DNA of 64,000 nucleotides from Heptranchias perlo. Its lineage: Eukaryota. Below are positions 11,111-22,437 of this stretch, in pieces. The stretch is taken from NCBI RefSeq assembly GCF_035084215.1, contig NC_090365.1, positions 5,084,001 to 5,148,000 of the forward strand, written 5' to 3'. The notes below the pieces were generated by a model. That model saw nothing but the letters and a program-made list of their open reading frames with translations. It did no database searches and was not told where the DNA came from. The translations under genes and the position numbers were made by a program. The stretch's first letter is position 1, and each line of letters opens with the position of its first letter.

Positions 11111-14100
11111 AAGACCATGAGAGAGGAGCAGGAGCAGGCCTTTTGGCCCCTTGAGCCTGCTCCGCCATTCAATGAGATCACGGCTAATCTGATTTTTATC
11201 TCAACTCCGCTTTCCCGCCTTTTCCTCACATCCTTTGACTCCCTTGCTGATCAAAAATTTGTCTAACTCAGCCTTGCATGTATTCAATGACTCAGCCTCC
11301 ACAGCTTTTTGGGGTAAAGAATTCCAAAAATTCATGACCCTTTGTGAGAAGAAATTCCTCCTCATTTCTGTCTTAAATGGGCGACCCCTTTATTCTGAGA
11401 CTATGCCCCCTAGTTTTAGATTCCCCCATGAGGGGTAACATCCTCTCAGCATTTACCCTATCGAGTCCCCTCAGAATCTTTCAATAAGATCTCCTCTCAT
11501 TCTTCTAAACTCCAATGAGTATAGACCCAATCTTTCCTCGTAAGACAACCCTTCCACACCCGGAATCAACCTAGTGAACCTTCCGTGAACTGCCTCCAAT
11601 GCAAGTATGTCCTTCCTTAAATAAGGGCACCAGAACTGTACGCAGTACTCCAGGTGTGGTCTCACCAGCACCCTGTACTGTTGTAGCATAACTTCCCTGC
11701 TTTTATACTCCATCCCCCTAGAGTTAAAGGCCAATATTCCGTTTGCCTTCCGGATTACCTGCTGCATCTGTATGTTGACGTTTTATGTTTCATGTACGAG
11801 GACACCCAGATCCATCTGTACCGCAGCATTTTGTAGTAGTTCTTCATTCAAATAATATTTTGCTTTTTTATTTTTCCTCCCAAAGTGGATGACTTCACAT
11901 TTTCGCACATTATATTCCATCTGCCAAATTTTTGCCAATTTGCTTAACCTGTCAATATCCCTTTGCAGACACCGTGTCCTCATCGTAACTTGCTTTTCCA
12001 CCTATCTTTGTATCATCAGCAAATTTGGCCACAAGACACTCTGTTCCTTCATCCAAGTCATTGATAAATATTGTAAATAGTTGAGGCCCCAGCACTGAGC
12101 CCTGCGGCACCCCACTAGTTACAGATTGCCATTTTGAAAATGACCCTTTTATCCCGATTTTGTTTTCTGTTAGTTAGCCATTCCTCTATCCACGCCAGTA
12201 TATTACCCCTAACACCATGAGCTTTTATCTTGTGCAGTAATCTTTTATATGGCACCTTATCGAATGCCTTTTGGAAATCCAAATATACTGCATCCATTGG
12301 TTCCCCTTTATCCACCCTGCTTGTTACTTCCTCAAAGAACTCTGATAAATGTCAGATATGATTTCCCCTTCATAAAACCATGTTGACTCTATTTATTATG
12401 AGTCTCCAAATGTCCTGCTACTACTTCCTTAATAATGAATTCTAGCATTTTCCCAATGACAGATGTTAGGCTAACTGGTCTATAGTTACCTGCTTTCTGC
12501 CTCACTCCCTTCTTGAATAGGGGTGTTACGTTTGCGGTTTTCCAATCCACAGGGACCTTTCCAGAATCTAGTGAATTCTGGAAGATTACATCCAATGCAT
12601 CCGCTATCTCTGTAGCCACTTCCTTTAAGACCCTCTGATGCAAGCCATCAGGTCCAGGGGACTTGTCAGCCTTTAGACCCATTAGAGGAAAAAGTACTAG
12701 GTAAACTAGTGATTGTTTTTAGTTCCTCCCTCCCCTTTGATTTTCTACTATTATTGGTATATTATTAGTGTCTTCTACTGTGAAGACAGATACAAAATAT
12801 CTGCTCAATTCCTCTGCCATTTCCTTGTTTTCCATTATTATTTCCCCAGTCTCATCCTCTAAGGGACCAATGTTTACTTTAGCTACCCTCTTGCTTTTTA
12901 TATACTTATAGAAGCTTTTACTGTCAGTTTTTATATTTCTTGCTAGTTTACTCTCAATTTATTTTCTCCCTCTATTATTCTTTTAGTCATCCTTTCCTGT
13001 TTTTTTAAAGTTTTCCCAATCTTTGGGCTTACCAGTAATCTTTGCCATGTTGTATGCTTTTTCTTTTAACCTGATACCATCCTTGACTTAGTTAGCCATG
13101 GTTGGTTCACCCTTTTTGTGGAGTCTTTCCTCCTCACAGGGATATATTTTTATCTTTTTAAATGTTTGCCACTGCTTATCCACCATCACACCATCTAATC
13201 TGTTTCCCCAGTCCACTTTAGCCAATTCTGCCCTCATTCCTTTATAATTGCCCTTATTTAAGTTTAATACAGTAGTTTCAGACCCAAGATCCTCACTCTC
13301 AAACTGGATGTGAAATTCATCATGTTATGATCACTGCTTCCCAAGGGATCCTTTACTTTGAGATCATTAATCCTGTTTCATTACCCATTACCAGATCTAA
13401 AATGGTCTGTTTCCTGGTTGGTTCCCCAACATATTGGTCTAAGAAACAGTCCCTAATACACTCTTTGAACTCCTCCTCAGGGCTATTTTTGCCAATTTGA
13501 TTTGTCCAATCTATGTGAAAGTTAAAATCGCCCATGATTATTGCATTACCTTTTTTACAAGCCCCCCTTATTTCCTGATTAATATTTTGCCCTACAGTGT
13601 AGCTACTGTTCAGGAGTCTATATACTACTCCCACCAGTGATTTCTTTCCCTTGCTATTTCTTACCTCCACCCAAATTGATTCGACATCTTAATCTTCTGA
13701 GCCAAGATCACTTCTCACTATTATACTAATTTCATCCTTTATTAACAGAGCTACCCCACCACCTTTACCTTTTTTCCTATCCTTCCAAAATGTTAAATAA
13801 CCCTGAATATTTAGCTCTCAACCTTGGTCGCCTTGCAACCACATCTCTGTAATGGCCACGAGATCATACCCATGTGTTTCTATTTGTGCCATCAATTCAT
13901 CTATCTTATTACGAATGCTGAATGTATTCAGATAAAGAACCTTTAATTTTGTCTTTTTACCATTCTTTCCTAACCCGGCCCCATTTGCTAGTGCACTCTT
14001 ATGTTTGTACGCTCTGTCCCTTCCTGACACACTCTGTTTATCATTGCTCCCATCACTTTCCTGTACTACTTCCTTGTCTTTTCTCTATCAATCTAAACTT

Positions 14101-15764
14101 CGCCCCACCTGAGCTCTCCTTTCTCCCTCCCTCCCCCCCCCCCCCCCCCCCCCCCCCATTTAGCCTTCTCTACCGCCCTAGTTATTCAGTTTGCCAGAAC
14201 ACTGGTCCCAGCATGGTTCAGGTGAAGCCCTTCCCAACGGAACAGCTCCCTCTTTCCCCAGTACTGGTGCCAGTGCCCCATGAATCGAAACCCACTTCTC
14301 CCACACCAATCTTTGAGCCACGCAGTCATCTCCCTGATCTGATTTACCCTGTGCCAATTTGCTCGTGGCTCAGGAAATAATCCGGAGATTATCACCTTTG
14401 TGGTTCTGCTTTTTAATTTAGTCCCTAGCTGCTCAAATTCCCTCAGCAGAACCTTTTTCTTAGTCCTACCTATGTCGTTGGTACCTGCGTGGACCGTGAC
14501 AACTGGATCCTCCCCCTCCCATTCCAAGTTTATCTCCAGCCCTGAGGAGATGTCCTTAACCCTGGCACCGGGTAGGCAACACAGCCTTCGGGACTCTCGC
14601 TCTTGGCTGCAGAGAACAGTATCTATCCCTCTAACTATACTGTCGCCTACTACGACTACATTCCTTTTTACTGCCCCACCCCCCCACCTTGAATGGCCCC
14701 TTGAACCACCGTGCCGTGGCCAGTTTGCTCATCCTCCCTGCAGTCCCTGCACTCGTCCACAAGGGCTGCAAGAACCTCTTGTCTATTGGACAAGTGCAAA
14801 GGCCGAGGCTCCTGCAATGCTACCTTCCGGATCCCCGTACCTGCCTCACTTGCAGTCACACCCTCCTGTCCCTGACCAGGTGCTAATTCTACAGTATTTA
14901 GTCTAAGGGGTGTGACTGCCTCCTGGATCAAAGTGTCCAGGTAACTTTCTCCCTGATGCCTCGCAATGTCTGCAGCTCGGACTCCAGCTCCTCAACTCGG
15001 AGGCGAAGTTCCTCGAGCTTCAGACACTTACCGCAGATGTAGTCGCCCTGGACAAAACTGTCCAGTAGCTCCCACATATTGCAGCTGCAACACATCTCCT
15101 GCCCTGTCATAACTCTTTTATTTAATTGATTACTACAATGCCAATCAAATTATTTTTTGGTTGAACCAAGTACTGGCCTTGTTTAATTTATTAAATTAAG
15201 TTTTTTTTTAATTTAGTTTTATGCTGTAAGTTACTTAGCCCACAGTCCTAAGAAAGAAGAAAACAGAAGAGATACCACCTACCTGCCTTACCTGTGATGT
15301 CTAACTGCAGTTTGGTTTTGTTGTTGCTGTGACCAGCTTCTCGGTACGCTCCTCTCTGCTGTCTAAACAAATGCACCTCACCCCTTACTGCACTGGATCC
15401 CCTCACTCACCAAATTCCCAATTATAGACTCTGTCGAAACCAGACTCCATCAATAGCTGCTGCTCCGTGCGTTAGCAAAACCCTTCCGAATTTATGCTAG
15501 CTAGAATGCCAGTCACCTGTAGATTACCAGTTCTAACCAGTCACCTAATTAACTAGATGACCAACTGCCACTTCAGGCTGCTTGTTTACCACTAACTAAA
15601 AACTGCAAGTTAAGATTAAATTTAAGTTAAATGCTTGATGCCAAACTTAGTCAAATTTTAGATAAAGATCAACCCGTAAAAATCCCCTCACTCACCAAAT
15701 TCCCAATTATAGACTGTCGAAACCAGACTCCGTTGATAGCTGCTACTCTGTGCTCCCTCACTCT
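11111..15764 (-). mobile_element. Apparently full-length CR1 LINE (~4.65 kb), both ORFs disrupted
   Basis: 5' UTR, ORF1, APE endonuclease (LVAITEMWL, MGDFN) and RT (YRPVSLTS, YLDFQKAFDKVP) fragments, CR1 3' tail; splits an older CR1 tail (catcatgtct at 11101-11110 continues as gtgctggc at 15765). Confidence 0.9.
14186..15110 (-). pseudogene. CR1 ORF1: zinc finger/leucine zipper plus SGNH esterase domain, frameshifted
   Basis: CCSCNMWE..CGKCLKLEELRLRVEELESEL (14928-15110); VHAGTNDIG..WEGLHLN (14186-14527). Confidence 0.85.
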
Positions 15765-15944
15765 GTGCTGGCTTTGCTACAGCAATCCAAAACGAATACA
15801 ACTGCCCTATTCTCTCCCTGCATGTTATTTTGCTTCAAATTACTCATCAGTGAAGCGCACACATTTAATGAAGCTCAGGATTCCTGTCTGCCCCTTACAG
15901 CTTCAATCTGTGGCCCACTTCAGGCTTTCCACAATCTTCATCTA

Positions 15945-16415
15945 GGGTAAACTTCAGCCCATCTAGAATTCTGCTGCTCATATCCTATCTCGCACCAAAT
16001 CCTGTGCAACGCCTCAAATTTAAAATTCTCATTCTTCTGTTCGAATCATTTCATGGTTTCATCCCTCCCTATCTCTGTAACCGCCTACAACCTTCCGAGA
16101 TCTCTGCGCTCCTCCTCCTTCTGGCCTTTTGTGCATCCCCGATTTCCTGTGCCTTCAGCAGCCTGGACCTTGAGCTCTGGAATTCCCTCTGCCAGCGACG
16201 CCCACATCCCATGAACGAATGAAAAAAAAACCTTCTCCTCTACCTCTTGTCCTTTTCAGACACCGCTTAAAACCTACCTCTTTGATCAAGCTTTTAGTCT
16301 CCTATCCTAACATCTCCTTACGTGGCTTGGTGTCAAATTTTGTCTGATAATCGCTCCTGTGAAGCACCTTGGGACATTTTACTATATTGAAGGAGCTATA
16401 TAAATGCAAGTTGTC
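15945..16415 (+). mobile_element. L2 LINE 3' end containing a short insert of another LINE tail (16190-16230)
   Basis: TTTAAAATTCTC...CTCTGGAATTCCCT...AAAACCTACCTCTTTGA...GCTATATAAATGCAAG. Confidence 0.8.
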
Positions 16416-17450
16416 GTTCCACATTTCGTTCCTCAAACTTGCAAATTTAGGAGAAAGACAACTTGAGAAAGTAAAATATTGCACATAGTCAGAACCAATT
16501 GATCATGCTCTTACAAGTATAAACGCTCAGAACCATTATTGTCTCTAATGCTGCTGCCTCTCAGCACCTTATAATCCACAGGCATTGCTGTTTTGTCAAA
16601 TGTGCAAATTTTCTTTTCATATGTAATAATTTTTAAGGTGCTGATTCACACTAGTAAACCGCGGGAACCATCTACCGTCTCCGACAAGTACGAGTGGAAA
16701 CCCTTGCGGATTTCTAATTTTCCATTCTACTCCCTAGGCCAGGATCGGCGAGACCAATTATAACATCCCCACCACTCAAATAACTCAGTGCAGGCCAGAA
16801 ATCAACCTGGACTTTCTAACCTGTGCAGTTTAGAGTCACACCAGGCACCTCACTAGCTATTCGGGAGAAGCTTCTGATCTTTAACTACAAAAAAACTATT
16901 CTCCATTCTCCTGCTTACCATCCGCACGCATGCTTCACGACCCAGTAACTTGTTCCGTCTGCTCCTACAGACTTAAAACAGAAATATACTCATACTATTT
17001 ACTTTAGAGTAGATTTGACTTTGTAGCTACTTGACACAGTATGGACCGTTGGAAGATTTTGCAGCGATTTTGTAACCCCTTGTGAAGAGGTAGAAACTAG
17101 GCAGTGGTCGGAAGAGTGGGACAGCACAGCTGTAATGGAAAGCAACAAGGGGTCTCCTTTCTACTGAAAGGCCACATGTGAAATGTTAATCTAACATTAC
17201 AACAATGCCTACACTTCAAAGTACTTCATTGGCTGTAAAGCGCTTTGAAGTCGTGAAAAGTGCTGTATAAATTCTTGACAAGCATACGAATATTGACGGA
17301 CAGGAAAAGACTCTCTAGTTCATCCAACCGGGGTCTCAATCTTTGCACTCCCCTCCCCACCCAAAATCATGTGATCTCCTGGGAGAGACGAGAAACCAGA
17401 TTTAAAAACCCAGGCCAATTTGGGGGGAAAAAAATCTGGGAAATTCTTTT

Positions 17451-17910
17451 GGACCATAAGAGATAGGAGCAGGAGTAGGCCATTCGGCCCCTCGAGCCTG
17501 CTCCACCATTTAATGAGATCATGGCTGATCTGATTTTTTTTTACCTCAACTCCACTTTCCTGCCTTTTCCCCATATCCTTTGACTCCCTTGCTGATCAAA
17601 AATTTGTCTAACTCAGCCTTGAATGTATTCAATGACTCAGCCTCCACAGCTTTTTGGGGTAAAGAATTCCAAAGATTCACAACCCTCTGGGAGAAGAAAT
17701 TCCTCCTCATTTCCGTCTTAAATGGACAACCCCTTATTCTGAGACTATGCCCCCTAGTTTTAGATTCCCCCATGAGGGGTAACATCCTCTCAGCATCTAC
17801 CCTATCGAGTCCCCTCAGAATCTTGTATGTTTCAATAAGATCTCCTCTCATTCTTCTAAACTCCAATGAGTATAGACCCAACCTATTCAATCTTTCCTCA
17901 TAAGACAACC
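17451..17910 (-). mobile_element. 5'-truncated young CR1, same family as 11111-15764
   Basis: Open ORF2 C-terminus (MSYEERLNRLGLYSLEFRRMRGDLIE..); near identity to 11111-11550; possible CTTTT TSD (17446-17450/17911-17915). Confidence 0.9.
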
Positions 17911-17973
17911 CTTTTCTGACCCCTTTGCCAATCGAAACTAGTCCACGTGATCACTCTGGCCCTGATAATTCTA

Positions 17974-18145
17974 AGATGTGGAGATGCCGGTGATGGACTG
18001 GGGTTAACAATTGTAAACAATTTTACAACACCAAGTTATAGTCCAACGAAGTCACTTCCACACCGCCTGAGGAAGGGGAAAGCCCCCGAAAGCTTGTGGG
18101 ATTAAAGATAAAATCGTTGGACTATAACTTGGTGTTGTAAAATTG
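17974..18145 (+). mobile_element. Penelope-like element terminal fragment with inverted repeat and hammerhead motif
   Basis: Perfect 32-bp IR (18018-18049/18114-18145); 12-bp TSD CTGATAATTCTA (17962-17973/18146-18157); homologous to 38746-38960. Confidence 0.85.
18063..18099 (+). ncRNA. Minimal type I hammerhead ribozyme motif
   Basis: CCGC-CTGAGGA-A-GGGG-aaagc-CCCC-GAAAGCTT-GTGG: catalytic boxes CUGANGA and GAAA, stem II, palindromic AAGCTT stem III, stem I CCGC/GUGG. Confidence 0.75.
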
Positions 18146-19519
18146 CTGATAATTCTATGCATTACATTATCTACCTTTTGCAAGAGGTGATCTTTCTCCC
18201 TTTCTCTTTTTCTTTTTTTTTCTTTCTAAGGGAGAGAGGGAAAGCTTTGTTTCTCATCTACATATAATATGAAAACTTAATTACTTTGCTTGAGATTTTC
18301 TCCATGGAAATAAAAATATTATCGCCATTTCTAAACTTGTGTACTGGCTCCCTCTTGTGGCTGTTACCATGTATTACTGCTTTTTTTTGTCCGTCTCTCT
18401 TAAGGTTAGTGGTTCTCTGAACTTCCCTTGAGGTCCAAATCCATCATACTTCACATCATCCTCCTTCCTACATCCTCATTGTGAATGAAATCCAGACACA
18501 TTGCACAATCCTTCACTCTTGTAATGACCTCAAATCTATGGAATACCCTGTAAATGGGGTGTAATATAGAGTAAGTGATTGTGCTGTAATCTCTATGGGG
18601 AGAATTTCCTTTATGTAACAGCATTGTAAGCCTAGTCATAAAGGACGAGTTTATGATTTTGTTGGGCAGAGAAAATCTTAGCCCTTGCAAGCTTATCAAT
18701 TAATAATCCATAGTTAATCTCAAGGAATTAATCAGTGTCTGTTACACAGAGTATGTTGGAGGGCTGAGACGGGATTATATGGCAGTGAGGACAACATCAT
18801 AAAGTGCAAGGGGTTTTCCATTCAGCTGAATCTCATGACAAGCACAAAAATTGAACATTTTGTCTAAAATCTTGTCGCTCTGCCAGGCAAACCTGGAGCC
18901 TCCTACTCTGCATGGCCCAGTTTACCAGCTAGTCAACCATACACTCTGTATGCAATAAGTTGATCTTGGCCAAAGTCAATACCTTTGGAAGAGAAAATCT
19001 ATGTTTCGAAGTCTTGCATATGGCATGTGTACTTCCTGTAACACGTTCCCCCCCTGCCGCACTTAAACTTGACATTGTTGCACTTGGCTCTGACTGAATC
19101 CTCCCAGCTCTGTGTGCAAGACCCAGCTTCTCCACAGCAGGAGAAAACTGAACACCGGAAACTCGAATCCCTGGTTAGCAGTACATTAACTCCTTCATGT
19201 TCAGGGACAGTGGTGTTTAAGGGAGGGAAGGACGTGCAGTGTATTACACGCAGAACTATATTGTGAAATGCATAATGCAAAATCCCACTATGTGATTAAA
19301 AGATTTGCAAAATAAAATAATTCCAAAACCTGCCATCTTACCACTGAGCCATGTGTTGTATCCTTGAGCCACAATATTACAAGATGGGGGTGAATTTCCC
19401 CAGGGCATCTCCTGCTCCACCACAGAAGTCCAGCGGAAACTCCGTTTACATGCGAAAAGGTCAAGAGAAAGGGCGTGAGTTTCCTCAGGCTATGTAACAG
19501 TAAATGGAAGCTACAAATA

Positions 19520-19907
19520 AAAATCTCATCCTTGTTTTCAAATCCCTCCATGACCTTGCTCCTCCCTATCCCTGTAACCTCCTCCAGCCCTACAACTCTC
19601 TGAGACGTCTGTGCTCCTCCAATGCTGGTCTCTTGCGCGTCCCCCATTTTCATTGCTCCACTGTTGATGGCCGTGCCCTTAGTGGCCTAGGCCCTGAGCT
19701 CTGGAATTCCCTCCCTAAACCTCCCCCTCTCTATCTCTCCCTCCTGCTTTAAGATCCAACTTAAAACCTACCTCTTTGACCAAACATTTTGTCACCCCCT
19801 CCTAATATCTGTTTCTTTGGCTGAGCGTCCATTTTTTAAAATTAAGTCCCTGCGAAGTACCTGGAGACGTTTTCCTACGTTAAAGGCGCTATATAAATGC
19901 AAGCTGT
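19520..19907 (+). mobile_element. L2 LINE 3' end
   Basis: Same L2 tail ending AAAGGCGCTATATAAATGCAAG. Confidence 0.85.
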
Positions 19908-20428
19908 TCAATAAAAACAGCAACTGCTGAAGCAGAAACATTTAAAAGGTTCTGGGGAAAGAGCGGGGGACTGGGACTAATTGGAAACTCTTCCAAAGAG
20001 CTGGCACAGGCACGATGGTCCGAATGGCCTCCAACTGCAAGTTACAATTCTAGGTCGGTCAGCATCTGAAAGAGGAAAGACAGGTTAATATTTTGGGTGG
20101 AGGTCCTCCTTCAGAGCTGTCTGTATGGAGTTGTTGTCACTTTAGGAAAATTATTTTAAACAAAATGGAGAAACTTGAGGAGGGACATAGATTTAAACAT
20201 GGATAATATTTCCCATTGGCATCCATGGGAGGATCAGCTTGTTCTGGGGCTGCCCAAAGTACACAAAGGTTCAATTTATTTGAGGCTGTCATCTTGCAGC
20301 TCATCTGCTGCTAACTAGTTTTTCTGGTTTGAGACCTAAATTGTACAATGCAGCAGTGAAGGGAATTTTATTCACCGAGGAGACACTGAAATGGTAACTT
20401 CTGCAGGATTTAGTCAATGCTGCAGTAT

Positions 20429-20514
20429 CAGCTGTGGTTCAGTGGGTAGCATTCTTGCCTCTGAGGCAGAAGGTTGTGGGTTCAAGTCCCACTCTAGAGA
20501 CTTGAGTACAAAAT
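20429..20514 (+). mobile_element. Deu-SINE tRNA-like head, truncated
   Basis: CAGCTGTGGTTCAGTGGGTAGC (A box)...GGTTCAAGTCCC (B box). Confidence 0.8.
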
Positions 20515-20851
20515 TGAGAGTCAGTGTCTGTGGAACCTGTACCCCAGTAAGAGTCAGTGCCTGTGGTAATTGCACCCTAGTGACAGCCAATGCCCATTGG
20601 CACAAAACCTCAGTGAGAGTCAGTGCCTGTGGAAATGTACCTCAGAGAGACTGCATCTGTGGAATTTTACCCCAATAAGAGTCAACACCTGTAGAACTAT
20701 CCCAGTAAGAGTTAGTACCATGCAACTGTACCCCAGTGAGAGTCAGGACCCATGGAGCTGTACCCCAATGAAAGTCAACACCTGTGGAACCTGTACCCCA
20801 GTGGAGAGTCAGTGTCTGTGGAATTGTAGCCCAGTGAGAGTCAGTATCTGT
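20515..20851 (+). repeat. ~30-31 bp minisatellite, left part (about 11 degenerate units)
   Basis: Unit GAGAGTCAGTGTCTGTGGAACCTGTACCCCAGT-like; resumes at 25824 after the CR1 insertion. Confidence 0.9.
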
Positions 20852-22437
20852 AAAGTGAAGGGCAAGGCTGGTAGAAGTAGGGAACCTTGGATGACTCGGG
20901 AGATTGAGGCCCTAGTCAGAAAGAAGAAGGAGGCATATGACATGCATAGGCAGCTGGGATCAAGTGGATCCCTCGAAGAGTATAGTGATTGCCGGAGTAG
21001 AGTTAAGAGAGAAATCAGGAGGGCAAAAAGGGGACATGAGATTGCTTTGGCAGATAAGGCAAAGGTGAATCCAAAGAGCTTCTACAAATACATAAAGGGC
21101 AAAAGAGTAACTAGGGAGAGAGTAGGGCCCCTTAAGGATCATCAAGGTCATCTATGTGCGGAACCACAAGAGATGGGTGAGATCCTAAATGAATATTTCG
21201 CATCGGTATTTACAGTTGAGAAAGGCATGGATGTTAGGGAACTTGGGGAAATAAATAGTGATGTCTTGAGGAGTGTACATATTACAGAGAGGGAGGTGCT
21301 GGAAGTCTTAACGCGCATCAAGGTAGATAAATCTCCGGGACCTGATGAAATGTATCCCAGGACGTTATGGGAGGTTAGGGAGGAAATTGCGGGTCCCCTA
21401 GCAGAGATATTTGAATCATCCACCGCTACAGGTGAGGTGCCTGAAGATTGGAGGGTAGCAAATGTTGTGCCTTTGTTTAAGAAGGGCGGCAGGGAAAAGC
21501 CTGGGAACAACAGCCTGACATCTGTAGTGGGTAAGTTGTTAGAGGGTATTCTGAGAGACAGGATCTACGGGCATTTGGAGAGGCAGGGACTGATTAGGAA
21601 CAGTCAGCATGGTTTTGTGAGAGGAAAATCATGTCTCACAAATTTGATTGAGTTTTTTGAAGGGGTAACCAAGAAGATAGATGAGGGCTGTGCAGTAGAC
21701 GTGGTCTACATGGACTTCAGCAAAGCCTTTGACAAGGTACCGCATGGTAGGTTGTTACATAAGGTTAGATCTCACGGGATCCAAGGTGAGGTAGCCAATT
21801 GGATACAAAATTGGATTGACGACAGAAGACAGAGGGTGGGTGTAGAGGGTTGTTTTTCAAACTGGAGGCCTGTGACCAGCGGTGTGCCTCAGGGATCGGT
21901 GCTGGGTCCGCTGTTATTTGTTATTTATATTAATGATTTGGATGAGAATTTAGGAGGCATGGTTAGTAAGTTTTCAGATGACACCAAGATTGGTGGCATT
22001 GTGGACAGTGAAGAAGGTTATCTAGGATTGCAATGGGATCTTGATAAATTGGGCCAGTGGGCCGATGAATGGCAGATGGAGTTTAATTTAGATAAATGTG
22101 AGGTGATGCATTTTGGTAGATCGAATCAGGCCAGGACCTACTCCGTTAATGGTAGGGCGTTGGGGAGAGTTATAGAACAAAGGGATCTAGGAGTACAGAT
22201 TCATAGCTCCTTGAAAGTGGAGTCACAGGCGGATAGGGTGGTGAAGAAGGCATTCGGCATGCTTGGTTTCATTGGTCAGAACATTGAATACAGGAGTTGG
22301 GATAGGCCACACTTGGAATACTGTGTACAGTTCTGGTCACCCTATTATAGAAAGGATATTATTAAACTAGAAAGAGTGCAGAAAAGATTTACTAGGATGC
22401 TACCGGGACTTGATTGTTTGACTTATAGGGAGAGGTT

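Noticed and set aside
17974-18145. miRNA precursor or DNA-transposon MITE
   Set aside because: The IR is subterminal on one side and the sequence matches Penelope-type termini with a hammerhead; arm length differs between copies, unlike fixed TIRs
20570-20851. Cys-rich N-terminus of the 623-aa ORF as a novel RT-fused domain
   Set aside because: It is the translated minisatellite that happens to be in frame with a 5'-truncated CR1; no evidence of a real start
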